The notes under the pieces are model-generated. The model was not told where the DNA came from. It did not search any database and saw only the letters and a list, made by a program, of their open reading frames with translations. 64,000 nucleotides of DNA, taken from positions 19,774 to 83,773 of the forward strand of contig JAERRU010000018.1 of assembly GCA_016735295.1 (NCBI GenBank). The letters run 5' to 3'. Below are positions 10,157-22,720 of the stretch, piece after piece; within the stretch, counting starts at the first letter, position 1; each line of letters starts with the position of its first letter. Source of the DNA: SAR324 cluster bacterium (GTDB taxonomy: Bacteria > SAR324 > XYD2-FULL-50-16 > JAERRU01). Position numbers and translations under genes: made by a program.

Positions 10157-10411
10157 CTACTTAGTAGGATCATCTATATCTACCAATGAATCCCCGATAG
10201 CATCAACTGGGCATACTGATTTAGCTTCTTGGCAATTAGCTAATTCAACATCATTTTCGGGCTGTTTATACACTATATCATGGTCTTTTTTGGAGCTTAA
10301 TTTAAAACTATTAGGAGCGATAGCCGCACACAATCCACAATAAATACAATTTTCATCAACAAAAAAACGCCCTGCCACGTTATCTTTATATCTTCGCTTA
10401 ATATCGGCCAT
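10157..10411 (-). CDS. Single-cluster ferredoxin
   Basis: VDENCIYCGLCAAIAP ... CPVDAIG. Confidence 0.9.
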   Translation of the reverse strand: MADIKRRYKDNVAGRFFVDENCIYCGLCAAIAPNSFKLSSKKDHDIVYKQPENDVELANCQEAKSVCPVDAIGDSLVDIDDPTK

Positions 10412-10508
10412 TAAAATAATAAATATCTTTCCAAATTAGGTAATATTTAATATGTTATAAGATTGTTATTGAAAAACAAAATAATTTGTTATAGTTTCAA
10501 TAAATCAT

Positions 10509-10592
10509 GCCCTGGTGGCGGAATAGGTAGACGCTCAGGACTTAAAATTCTGTGACCGTAAGGTCGTGCCGGTTCGATTCCGGCCCGGGGCA
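10509..10592 (+). tRNA. tRNA-Leu (anticodon TAA), CCA not encoded
   Basis: Acceptor GCCCTGG/CCGGGGC, D arm TGGCGGAATAGGTAGACGC, anticodon arm CAGGA-CTTAAAA-TTCTG, long variable arm GACC-GTAA-GGTC, T arm GCCGG-TTCGATT-CCGGC, discriminator A. Confidence 0.96.
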
Positions 10593-10646
10593 TGCTGCGA
10601 CCACTTCTAATAACATATGGTGAATAGCTGATGGTTAGGTGATAGC

Positions 10647-13157
<2,511 letters not shown>

Positions 13158-13361
13158 AATATAAGGGTGTAAAAAACAAAGAATTAGTTTAATTAATAGA
13201 TTATCTTGATTTTATTAAGATAGCATTTTTTGTGATAAATTTGATGCTTTTTTGTTATTAAGCCCAGAAAATCACGGATAATGCAAAATATGACTAAATA
13301 TTAACCATAAATATTACCCGATAAATAACTAATTTTTATATAATAAAGATTATAGAAACTT

Positions 13362-13388
13362 TTAGCACTAATCATTGCTATTTGCTAA
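13362..13388 (+). promoter_or_regulatory. Degenerate CIRCE operator upstream of hrcA
   Basis: TTAGCACTA-N9-ATTTGCTAA against consensus TTAGCACTC-N9-GAGTGCTAA. Correct spacing and position. Confidence 0.7.
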
Positions 13389-13403
13389 CAATTACTATAA
13401 GAT
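13375..13403 (+). promoter_or_regulatory. Putative sigma70 promoter of the hrcA operon, overlapping the CIRCE
   Basis: TTGCTA-N17-TAAGAT. Confidence 0.45.
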
Positions 13404-13497
13404 AATAGTTTGTTTTTTTACAAAAATTAAAATAATTTGTGATTAAAGTTAGGCTAACATTAATTTTTAATATTTTAAAAATATAACTAATATTTAT

Positions 13498-14535
13498 ATG
13501 AGCAGGTACCTAGAAGAAAGGGAAAGGTATTTCTTGATAAAAATAGTCAGTGAATATATAGAATTAGCTGAGCCCATTAGCTCTCGACATTTATCTAAAT
13601 TAGATGATGTAGATTTGTCGGCAGCAACAATTAGAAATATCATGCTGAATCTAACAGAAAAGGGATTTTTAATACAACCTCACACCTCAGCTGGTAGAAT
13701 ACCATCTGATTTAGCATACCGCATGTATGTTGATCATATTGAAGGAACAACATCATTAGAAAAAGAGCCTATATTGGATAAAGCCAATCCCTTTCATATT
13801 AATATGGGCATTGATGATATTTTAAAAGAGAGTTTGGCATTATTATCTGATGGCACTAGCTGCGCTAGTTTAGCCACTACGCCTGATCCTGCTTGTTTGA
13901 AATTAAAATCAATTGAATTTTTAAAAATATCTAGAAAGAGAGTATTAACTATTTTAGTTACTGAATCTGGGATAGTAAAAACTAAAACTATCACCCCTAG
14001 AGAAGATTTACCGGCCTTGTTTTTAACTGAGCTAGGAAGTAGTTTAACAAAATTTTATGAAGGATTACCGATAAATAAATTGCAAGATAATCTATTACAA
14101 ACCTTATCAGGAAAAGATTTTGGCTTAGATGATCACATGTTCGCTCATGCGGTTAGATTAAGCAAAAAAGCGTTAGACTGGTCACAATCATATAGTATGA
14201 TGTTGCACGGCCAAACCCATGTGATGAACTGGTTTGAGTGCACATCTAAACACGAAATTAATAAGATATGCCAAGAAATTGAAGATGGAAATAATTTGGT
14301 TAAGGCTATGGATAACCATCATCAATTAAACAGGGCATATTTTAAAATTGGTAATGAGATAAAACTTGATGTGTTAACTGAGTGTTCATTGGTAATCGCT
14401 AATTATGGAATTCATGAAGATAAAGTGGGGACTATCGGAGTGATCGGCCCAAAACGAATGGATTATAAAAAAATAGCTTCATTGGTAGAGCATTTAGCGA
14501 GCGTAATTTCTAATAATTTTCAAGATGACTATTAG
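13498..14535 (+). CDS. hrcA: Heat-inducible transcription repressor HrcA
   Basis: EPISSRHL, LSAATIRNIM, QPHTSAGRIPSD, GVIGPKRMDY. Confidence 0.96.
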   Translation: MSRYLEERERYFLIKIVSEYIELAEPISSRHLSKLDDVDLSAATIRNIMLNLTEKGFLIQPHTSAGRIPSDLAYRMYVDHIEGTTSLEKEPILDKANPFHINMGIDDILKESLALLSDGTSCASLATTPDPACLKLKSIEFLKISRKRVLTILVTESGIVKTKTITPREDLPALFLTELGSSLTKFYEGLPINKLQDNLLQTLSGKDFGLDDHMFAHAVRLSKKALDWSQSYSMMLHGQTHVMNWFECTSKHEINKICQEIEDGNNLVKAMDNHHQLNRAYFKIGNEIKLDVLTECSLVIANYGIHEDKVGTIGVIGPKRMDYKKIASLVEHLASVISNNFQDDY

Positions 14536-14573
14536 TTAATTTTAATTAAGGGAGTACAAGTAAAAAATAAAAT

Positions 14574-15266
14574 ATGGTCAATTCAATAAAAAAAGATATA
14601 GAACCTAAAAAATCATCTGTGAAAACTAATTTTAAGCAAGATAAAAAAAAAGATATTAAAAGCACAAATAGTGTGTCAAATAATGAAGTGAAGAGTGCTA
14701 GTAATAATCAAAATAATTCCAGTAAAATTAATTCTCAAGCTAAAGATATAACAGAGGAAATTTCTAAAAATGATGAACAAATTATCACTCCAGACGCTCT
14801 TAACTTGATGAAAGAAGAAGCGGGAAAATGGAAAGACTCATATTTAAGAGGAGCGGCTGAGTTTGATAACTACAAAAAACGAAATAGAAATGAACTATCC
14901 CAAAGATTAAAATTTTCTGTTCAACCTTTAGCAGAGGGAATAATAGAATGTGTGGACGAATTAGAATTAGCAATTAATCATTTAGAAACAACAAATAAAG
15001 CGACTAAGGGTGCAAATAATGAAACTTTAAAAGGTTTGGTGATGTTATTTAACAAAATATTAGGCGTATTTAAGAGTCATAATATAGAAATAATTGATGC
15101 CAAAGGAAAATTATTTGATCCTAGCATGCACGAGGCGATGGGAGTAATTAACACTAATGATGTTCCTAATGATCATGTGTATGAGGTATTTAAGCGGGGG
15201 TATATGCTGCATGAGCGGGTGATAAGACCAGCGATAGTGCAGGTGACTAAAGCTATTGAAGATTAA
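14574..15266 (+). CDS. grpE: Nucleotide exchange factor GrpE
   Basis: YLRGAAEFDNYKKR, FDPSMHEAM, GYMLHERVIRPAIVQV. Operon context. Confidence 0.96.
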   Translation: MVNSIKKDIEPKKSSVKTNFKQDKKKDIKSTNSVSNNEVKSASNNQNNSSKINSQAKDITEEISKNDEQIITPDALNLMKEEAGKWKDSYLRGAAEFDNYKKRNRNELSQRLKFSVQPLAEGIIECVDELELAINHLETTNKATKGANNETLKGLVMLFNKILGVFKSHNIEIIDAKGKLFDPSMHEAMGVINTNDVPNDHVYEVFKRGYMLHERVIRPAIVQVTKAIED

Positions 15267-15334
15267 TTTATTTTTTTATCTTTTATTTTCACAATTTAAT
15301 TTAAGTAATATTTAACTATTAAAGGAGGTTTTTT

Positions 15335-17302
15335 ATGTCAAAAGTTATGGGGATTGATCTTGGCACAACAAATTCGTGTGTAGCAATTATGGACGCGGGC
15401 GAAGCTAAGGTATTGGAGAACGCAGAAGGATTAAGGACCACCCCTTCGGTGGTAGCTTTTACCGATAAAGGAGAAAGATTAATTGGTCAATTAGCGAAAA
15501 GACAAGCGATCACAAATCCCACTAAAACCATCTATTCATCGAAACGGCTAATTGGCCTTAATTTTGATATGCCAGAAGTCAAAGAAGAAATTCATAATTT
15601 AAGTTGCCCTTTAGTGAAAGGCCCAGGTGGGCAAGTGGCGATTGAGGTGGGAGATAAGAGATATTCACCATCTGAAATAGGTGCGTTTATATTACAAAAG
15701 ATGCGTCAAACTGTAGAAGATTATTTAGGTCATGAAGTGACTGACGCAGTTATTACTGTTCCGGCATATTTCAACGATTCACAAAGGCAAGCCACCAAAG
15801 ATGCGGGCAAGATAGCAGGGCTTAATGTTCTTCGCATTATCAATGAACCAACGGCGGCAGCTTTGGCTTATGGTTTAGATAAAAAGAAGGATCAACTAAT
15901 AGTGGTCTTTGATTTAGGCGGTGGCACATTTGATGTCTCAGTATTAGAAATCGGCGATGGGGTATTTGAAGTTAAGGCCACAAATGGAGATACACATTTA
16001 GGTGGTGAGGATTTTGATGCAAAAATTATCAGTTATTTAAATAGCGAATTCTTAAAAGAGCACGGAATCGATTTAAAAAAAGATAAAATGGCTTTGCAAA
16101 GATTAAAAGAGGCCGCAGAAAAAGCTAAGCATGAGTTATCATCATCAATGGAAACTAATATTAATCTACCTTTCATCACAGCAGATCAAGCGGGTCCTAA
16201 GCATTTAGATATAAAATTAACTAGGGGAAAATTAGAACAGCTCACTGAAGATTTAATCAAGCGATGTTTGAAGCCCATGAAAATGGCACTAAAAGATGCT
16301 GGAGTAACTACTAGTGATATAAGCGAGACTATTTTGGTGGGTGGCATGACTAGAATGCCTAAGGTCATTAAAACGGTTGAAGATTTTTTTGGTAAGCCTC
16401 CGCATAGAGGAGTTAATCCTGATGAAGTAGTAGCAATAGGAGCGGCTATTCAGGGTGGTGTATTAAAAGGGGATGTAAAAAATGTACTCCTTTTAGATGT
16501 AACCCCTTTATCTCTAGGAATAGAGACTTTAGGTGGCATAATGACCAAGCTCATTGAACGAAATACTACTGTTCCCACCAAGAAGAGCCAAGTATTTTCT
16601 ACCGCAACAGACAATCAACCTGCGGTTAGCATACATGTACTGCAAGGTGAAAGAGAGATGTCTACTGATAATAAAACTATTGGTCGTTTTGAATTAGTAG
16701 GGGTAGCTCAAGCACCAAGGGGAGTTCCTCAAATTGAGGTAGGCTTTGATATTGACGCTAATGGTATTTTAAATGTTTCGGCTAAAGATTTAGGCACAGG
16801 CAAGGAGCAAAAGATTAAAATAACCGCATCTAGTGGATTGAGCGAGAAAGATATTGAAAGAATGGTGGAAGAATCAGAAAAATTTGCTGATGAAGATAAG
16901 AAAAAACGCCAACTTATCGATCTTAATAATCAGGCTGAATCAGCTATCTATAATTGTGAAAAATCCTTAACTGAAAATAAGGATAAAATTGATGAAGAGC
17001 AGACCAAAGGGATTAATGATAAAATTGAGGATTTAAAACAGGTTTTAGACTCTGGTGATGCTAAAATAATAGAAGAAAAAATAGAAATTTTGAATAAGGA
17101 ATTTCATAAAATTTCTGAAAAACTATATGCTAATCAGGCTCCACCTCAACCTGAAGGTAGTGCAGATAAGGGTGATAGCAAAGAAAATGCTGATAATGCT
17201 AATAGCGGTACTGATAATAAAGGTGAGGGCAATAAAGCAGATGATGACGATAATATAATTGACGCTGATTTTGAAGAGGTTAAAAAGAAAGAAGATAATT
17301 AA
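15335..17302 (+). CDS. dnaK: Chaperone DnaK (Hsp70)
   Basis: [26 protein letters not shown]-terminal DADFEEV. AAAGGAGG SD. Confidence 0.99.
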   Translation: MSKVMGIDLGTTNSCVAIMDAGEAKVLENAEGLRTTPSVVAFTDKGERLIGQLAKRQAITNPTKTIYSSKRLIGLNFDMPEVKEEIHNLSCPLVKGPGGQVAIEVGDKRYSPSEIGAFILQKMRQTVEDYLGHEVTDAVITVPAYFNDSQRQATKDAGKIAGLNVLRIINEPTAAALAYGLDKKKDQLIVVFDLGGGTFDVSVLEIGDGVFEVKATNGDTHLGGEDFDAKIISYLNSEFLKEHGIDLKKDKMALQRLKEAAEKAKHELSSSMETNINLPFITADQAGPKHLDIKLTRGKLEQLTEDLIKRCLKPMKMALKDAGVTTSDISETILVGGMTRMPKVIKTVEDFFGKPPHRGVNPDEVVAIGAAIQGGVLKGDVKNVLLLDVTPLSLGIETLGGIMTKLIERNTTVPTKKSQVFSTATDNQPAVSIHVLQGEREMSTDNKTIGRFELVGVAQAPRGVPQIEVGFDIDANGILNVSAKDLGTGKEQKIKITASSGLSEKDIERMVEESEKFADEDKKKRQLIDLNNQAESAIYNCEKSLTENKDKIDEEQTKGINDKIEDLKQVLDSGDAKIIEEKIEILNKEFHKISEKLYANQAPPQPEGSADKGDSKENADNANSGTDNKGEGNKADDDDNIIDADFEEVKKKEDN

Positions 17303-17398
17303 TCAATAGTTTTTTTTGATTAACTACTTTTAATTGACCACTTTCATTGGCTTAAGGATATTAGATATATTTAAAAATTTATGAATAGGAAATAAAAA

Positions 17399-18535
17399 TT
17401 GTCACAAAAAAGAGATTACTATGAGGTTTTAGGGGTATCTAGAGAAGCTAGTGCTAATGAAATTAAGCGGGCTTATCGCTCGATGGCATTAAAATATCAT
17501 CCAGATAAAAATCCTGATAATAAAAAAGCTGAACAGTTATTCCGTGAAGCAGCTGAGGCTTATGAAGTTTTATCTAACAATAAAACTAAAGCTAAGTATG
17601 ATCAATATGGCCATGCGTCGGTTGGATTTGGTTCGGATCATGATCCTTTTCAGTCTTTTAGTGGGTCTGATATATTTCAAGAGATCTTTGGTGAATTTGG
17701 TGATGCTTTTGGTTTTTCTGGATCTAGATCAAGAAGAGGCCAAGGCGAGAGAGGGAGTGATCTTAGATATAATATGGAACTAACTTTTGAGCAGGCAGTA
17801 TTTGGCCATACCACTGAAATTAATATACCAAAATTATCAGTTTGTGATTCATGCATGGGCAGTGGGGCGCGCAAAGCTTCTGATAAGGTTGTTTGCCCAG
17901 AATGCCGCGGATCGGGGCAGACTAGGATTCAGCAGGGCTTTTTCCAAATGTCGGCAACTTGTCGCCGATGTGCGGGAAGTGGGGAAATTGTTAAGGAGCC
18001 TTGTTTAACATGTAATGGCCAAGGAAGAATCAATGCTAAAAAGAAATTAAAGGTTGATATACCAGCTGGGATTGATAACAACGTTAAGCTTAGAATTTCC
18101 TCTGAAGGAGAGGCGGGCACTAATGGAGGGCCATCTGGTGATCTTTATGTGGCAATTTATGTGAAAGAACATGAATTTTTTTCTAGGAAGGGAATAGATT
18201 TAGTTTGCGATGTTCCTATATCGTTTAGTCAGGCTTCTTTGGGAGATAATTTACGAATACCTACTTTGGAGGGGGAGACTAAATTAGTTATTCCGGCGGG
18301 AACACAAAGCGGGCAGATATTTAGATTAAAAAATAAAGGCGTTCAAGAAATTAATACAAGAAGGCGTGGTAATCTTTTAGTAAAGGTGATAGTGGAAATT
18401 CCTACTAACTTAGATAAGGGGCAAAAGGAAAAGTTAAGTGATTTTCAAGAATCTTTAAATAGTGAATCTACACCTATAATGAATAATTTTCTTAATCGAA
18501 CTAAGGAGATATTTGAAAAACACCAAAACAATTAA
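17399..18535 (+). CDS. dnaJ: Chaperone DnaJ
   Basis: J domain with HPD and four CxxCxGxG zinc-finger repeats. TTG start. Confidence 0.98.
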   Translation: MSQKRDYYEVLGVSREASANEIKRAYRSMALKYHPDKNPDNKKAEQLFREAAEAYEVLSNNKTKAKYDQYGHASVGFGSDHDPFQSFSGSDIFQEIFGEFGDAFGFSGSRSRRGQGERGSDLRYNMELTFEQAVFGHTTEINIPKLSVCDSCMGSGARKASDKVVCPECRGSGQTRIQQGFFQMSATCRRCAGSGEIVKEPCLTCNGQGRINAKKKLKVDIPAGIDNNVKLRISSEGEAGTNGGPSGDLYVAIYVKEHEFFSRKGIDLVCDVPISFSQASLGDNLRIPTLEGETKLVIPAGTQSGQIFRLKNKGVQEINTRRRGNLLVKVIVEIPTNLDKGQKEKLSDFQESLNSESTPIMNNFLNRTKEIFEKHQNN

Positions 18536-18547
18536 TGAGGTAAGCGT

Positions 18548-20449
18548 ATGATTTTTTTGAAACTTTTAGGGGCCATATTATTTACTATATTTACCGTATT
18601 AATTTGTGGTTGGGCTATTTTTCTGCCGAGATCGTTAAAATTAAAGCTAATCACTCCTATCGCTAGCCGGTGGGCTGATTTACTTGCTAGGAGCATACTG
18701 GGCGTTAAGGTGGTAACATCTGGAGGTGAGCATATTCCTAAATCTCATAAAGGATATGTTAGTGTGAGCAATCATTTGTCTTTGATTGATCCATTATTAG
18801 TGCTTTCCACATTAAAAAGCCCTTTTTTAATTAAATCATCTTTATTATTTACTCCTTTTGGTTGGGGAGCTTTTATATCTGGCTCTATTCATGTAAATCG
18901 CTCTCAGACTAAGGGTCATCTAAAAATCATTAATAAGGTTATTGATGTGTCTACCAGGTGGCGGGCGGTGCATATTTTTCCTGAAGGAACCAGATCACCT
19001 GATGGAAAGATTGCTAAATTTAAAAGGGGAACACTAAAGATGGTTTATAAAAAGAATTTACCAGTTTTAGTATCAGGATTATGGGGTACTAACCATATAC
19101 TACCAAAAGGTAGCCTATCGCTAAAATCAGCTGCTTTAGCTGTTATTACTGTTAGGGGAATCGTTAAATCTAAAGACTTTTCATCGGCTAATGATTTTAT
19201 TGATGAAGTAGAAAAGCAAGTTGGTTTAGCGGTTAAAAATAGTAAATCGATTTTTGATAAGCAGGGCGTATCAAAAAAAACTAAGGTGAAAAGTAATGCT
19301 AAAAAAAGCGATTATCAACAAAAAATCGAAAAATTAGCTACTAGCGGGCAAAGTTATGCCAAAAAAGCTTTACACAAAACTACCAACTTATCTTCTAAAG
19401 TTAAGCAAAAAGCGTCCACACTAGCTGATCCAAAGCTTCTTAAAAATACTCTCGCTTACGCTAGCGGCGTTAAAAATAAGGCTAAAACAAAATCGGCAAA
19501 AGCCTCTAAAGAAGGTCTAGGTTTATTAGCTTCAACTAATGAGTACCTTGGTAAATTAACCGATAAGGCTATTGATAAGGTAAATGAATTGCCAAAAACG
19601 TCTAAAAAGTTAGAACACTCTGCTAAAGGCTATGTTGCTGCTGCTAAACGAAAAACTAAAAAAGAAATGGCTGAGCTCCCTAAAAAAGCCAAGCTCCTTT
19701 ACAAAACTGCTAATAAATCTATGGAGACTGTTGGTGGAAACATTAAAACAAGATCTAAACGGGTGCAAAAATCCCTATCTAGTATTGCTGTAGAAACATC
19801 AAGTCAATTTAAAAAAATTCCAGGAAAAACTGATCAACTTTATCAAACATCCACTGATTCTTTTAAAAAATTAGGCAAAGCATCTAAAGCTAGTTTAAAA
19901 ACTGTGGAGAAAAAATTAGCTAAAGGTTTGTCTAAATCTAAATCAGCTATGGGTTCCGCTGGAGCAGATAATATTAATAGTGAAACAGAATTTTATAGTA
20001 GTTTAAGTTCTATTATTGGGAAAATTCACCTAGTATCAAAAGCTGATGAAATGGTGTCTATTAGCTTTACTAAACCTGCTGGAAGAAAATTTTCAGATGG
20101 CAAACACCTAGCTATTATAAAAAAGGTTAAAAAACAATTAAATGAATATTTTAAAGGTACTCGGCAAAAATTTGAAATAGACTATAAATTTGCAGGATCT
20201 AATAAATATTGGGATATTTGGCAAGAAATGATCAATATTCCTTATGGAGAAACTATTAGTTATAAAGAATTAGGAGAAAAGGTTACGCCCCATATGCATC
20301 CACGAGTGGTGGGCATAGCTGCGGGTAAAAACTATTTCCCTGTGATCATCCCCTGCCACCGAATAATAGGTAATGATGGCGGCTTGCAGGGATACGCTGG
20401 AGGTTTAAAAAACAAACGTATCTTGCTGAATTTAGAAAAAAATAGTTAA
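18548..20449 (+). CDS. Fusion: PlsC-type lysophospholipid acyltransferase + Lys/Ser/Ala-rich linker + methylated-DNA-protein-cysteine methyltransferase (Ogt)
   Basis: N-terminal NHLSLID and FPEGTRS acyltransferase motifs. C-terminal EYFKG.R..F, IPYGETISY, IIPCHRII and GYAGG alkyltransferase motifs. One uninterrupted frame. Confidence 0.85.
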   Translation: MIFLKLLGAILFTIFTVLICGWAIFLPRSLKLKLITPIASRWADLLARSILGVKVVTSGGEHIPKSHKGYVSVSNHLSLIDPLLVLSTLKSPFLIKSSLLFTPFGWGAFISGSIHVNRSQTKGHLKIINKVIDVSTRWRAVHIFPEGTRSPDGKIAKFKRGTLKMVYKKNLPVLVSGLWGTNHILPKGSLSLKSAALAVITVRGIVKSKDFSSANDFIDEVEKQVGLAVKNSKSIFDKQGVSKKTKVKSNAKKSDYQQKIEKLATSGQSYAKKALHKTTNLSSKVKQKASTLADPKLLKNTLAYASGVKNKAKTKSAKASKEGLGLLASTNEYLGKLTDKAIDKVNELPKTSKKLEHSAKGYVAAAKRKTKKEMAELPKKAKLLYKTANKSMETVGGNIKTRSKRVQKSLSSIAVETSSQFKKIPGKTDQLYQTSTDSFKKLGKASKASLKTVEKKLAKGLSKSKSAMGSAGADNINSETEFYSSLSSIIGKIHLVSKADEMVSISFTKPAGRKFSDGKHLAIIKKVKKQLNEYFKGTRQKFEIDYKFAGSNKYWDIWQEMINIPYGETISYKELGEKVTPHMHPRVVGIAAGKNYFPVIIPCHRIIGNDGGLQGYAGGLKNKRILLNLEKNS

Positions 20450-20476
20450 AAGTAGATCGCTAACAGATTAATTAAA

Positions 20477-21691
20477 TTAATCTTGGGGCTGATTTAAATT
20501 TTTGATTATATAGGGCAAAGCATTAAGTTTAATAAATCCATTCGCATCTTCGGGGTTATAATTGCTTTGATTTTTTTCCATAGAGGCGATATCAAAATCA
20601 TAAAGACTAGTTTTTGATGAGCGGCCTAAAGTTATAACATTACCCTTATAAATTTCTAATCTGACTTGCCCATTTACTGATTTTTGTGAATTTTTAACTA
20701 AATCCAGCAGTAAAGACATTTGAGGGGTAAACCAATACCCATTATAGACTAAATCAGAAAATCTAGATAGCAAAGAATCCTTAAGTTCTATTACATCGCG
20801 AGTTAAAGTAATAGATTCTATTTGCCGATGCGCCTGCATTAATATGGTGCCTCCCGGCGTTTCATATACTCCTCTTGATTTCATACCGATAAATCGTGAT
20901 TCCACCAAATCCACTCGGCCGACACCGTTATCACCGCCTAGTTGGTTAAGTTTTGTTAACATTTCAACTAGGTTTAGGTCTTTCCCATTAAGTTTAACTG
21001 GCACACCTTTAACAAAATCTATGGTAATAACAGTACCTTTATTTGGGGCGTCTTGAGGAGATTTAGTCATTTCAAACATTTCTGGCGGGGGTTTTTTATT
21101 AGGATCTTCTAATAATCCGGCCTCAAAACTTATATGCATCAAATTTTCATCGCTGCTCCACGGCTGTTCTTTAGTTACCTTAACTTTTATATCATGTTTG
21201 GCGGCGTAGTCTAAAAGTTCCTTTCTGCCTGGATAATTTTGATAAAATTCAGCCATCTTCCAAGGAGCAATTATCTTAATATTAGGATTAAGAATAAGAT
21301 AGCTCATCTCAAATCTGGCCTGATCATTTCCCTTGCCCGTGGCACCGTGAGAAACATATTTAGCTCCCTTACTATTGGCTATCTCAATTTGTTTTTGAGC
21401 GATTAGTGGCCTGGCCATAGCTGTACCCAATAAATAGCTACCCTCATATAAAGCGTTCATTTGCAAGCATGGCAAGAAAAAATTATCAACAAACTCATGC
21501 TTAATATCCACCACTAAAGCCTCGGCTGCTCCTGACGTTTTGGCTGTGTTTATCACTCTTTGCCAATCATCAACTTTTTGTCCAACATCAAAACAAACAG
21601 CTATCACTGAAAACCCTTTGCTATTTAACCAATGAACAATCACTGAAGTATCTAATCCACCGGAATAGGCTAATACAACTTTTTCTTTCAT
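20477..21691 (-). CDS. argG: Argininosuccinate synthase
   Basis: VLAYSGGLDTS, HGATGKGNDQARFE, SRGVYETPGGT. Confidence 0.98.
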   Translation of the reverse strand: MKEKVVLAYSGGLDTSVIVHWLNSKGFSVIAVCFDVGQKVDDWQRVINTAKTSGAAEALVVDIKHEFVDNFFLPCLQMNALYEGSYLLGTAMARPLIAQKQIEIANSKGAKYVSHGATGKGNDQARFEMSYLILNPNIKIIAPWKMAEFYQNYPGRKELLDYAAKHDIKVKVTKEQPWSSDENLMHISFEAGLLEDPNKKPPPEMFEMTKSPQDAPNKGTVITIDFVKGVPVKLNGKDLNLVEMLTKLNQLGGDNGVGRVDLVESRFIGMKSRGVYETPGGTILMQAHRQIESITLTRDVIELKDSLLSRFSDLVYNGYWFTPQMSLLLDLVKNSQKSVNGQVRLEIYKGNVITLGRSSKTSLYDFDIASMEKNQSNYNPEDANGFIKLNALPYIIKNLNQPQD

Positions 21692-21704
21692 TTTTTTTTT
21701 GAAA

Positions 21705-21749
21705 AAATTAAATTAAATTAAATTAAATTGAATTAAATCAAATCAAATC
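21705..21749. repeat. Pentamer array (AAATT)5-GAATT-(AAATC)3 in the argG leader
   Basis: Nine consecutive 5-nt units read directly from the sequence. Confidence 0.9.
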
Positions 21750-21961
21750 AAACATAATCCACCACCAATCAAAGCAAGTTGATATATTATTGATATATTA
21801 TGTTTATGTTTGTAATTTATATTTATATCTATACTATGCTAGCTTTAACCTATTATGACTTTAAAGTAAGCAAAAACTTGCCAGAAAAGCTAAATATACG
21901 TAATTTACTAATTCGCGAGCTATTAGCGGTTAATTTAATTTGCATATTATAATATATTTAC

Positions 21962-22720
21962 ATGCCTTCCACATTATTTAACCTGTCTTTTATTACTCTA
22001 TTAGGGGCGTCTTTGCTGTTTTTGAGCGGTTGCTCTCAGCCTAAGCCTGATCCTGGCTCTTTGAAAGAATTTTACGAGTATAGCCTGCGAACATCAGAGT
22101 CTAACCCCTATCAAACGGATGTATTAAATGATTTTAGAACTATCATAGAAACATATCCAGGCACTAAGTTTGCTAGTTTATCTTCATTAAGATTGGCGGA
22201 ATTATCTTTTAATGGGTTATCTAGCACTTTTAATGAGGATAAACAACTTAAAAATATTGAGCTTTTCTATCGTTCTTTTTTGATTCAAAATCCTAATCAC
22301 ATTTTGATTCCTTATGTGTTATCACGTTTGATGCAGGTGGCCTATATCAAAAGTATAAATGGATTATTTGTAGTTGGCACTGATCCGCAGCCCTATGAGG
22401 ATAGTTTGCAGATTTTTAATAATTTCCAACTACTATTTCCTAATAGTATTTATTTTGATGAGGTGCAGTATTTTGCTAAATTTTCTAGTCACAAGCTAGC
22501 AAAACACGAAGAATCTATTGGAGATTGGTATTTTGAGCAGCAAAATTATGCTGTTGCTATTAGCCGTTATCTTTATGTTTTAAAGAATTTTCCTGATTAT
22601 TCTGATAAGAAAGAATTATCAAAAAAGCTTATCAATTCTTTTAAGAAGAATTTACAATTTGATCTAGTTACCCAATATCAAAAATTTTATGAAGAACTTT
22701 ATGATTCTCCCGGAAGTTAA
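21962..22720 (+). CDS. bamD: Outer membrane assembly lipoprotein BamD-like
   Basis: Lipobox LSGC. F..IIETYPGT, FPNSIYF, LAKHEESIGDWYF...YAVAISRY..VLKNFPD pattern typical of BamD/ComL. Confidence 0.75.
   Translation: MPSTLFNLSFITLLGASLLFLSGCSQPKPDPGSLKEFYEYSLRTSESNPYQTDVLNDFRTIIETYPGTKFASLSSLRLAELSFNGLSSTFNEDKQLKNIELFYRSFLIQNPNHILIPYVLSRLMQVAYIKSINGLFVVGTDPQPYEDSLQIFNNFQLLFPNSIYFDEVQYFAKFSSHKLAKHEESIGDWYFEQQNYAVAISRYLYVLKNFPDYSDKKELSKKLINSFKKNLQFDLVTQYQKFYEELYDSPGS

Noticed and set aside
21705..21749. CRISPR array or ARG box
   Set aside because: The units are 5 nt with no spacers and there are no cas genes. No match to the palindromic ARG box.
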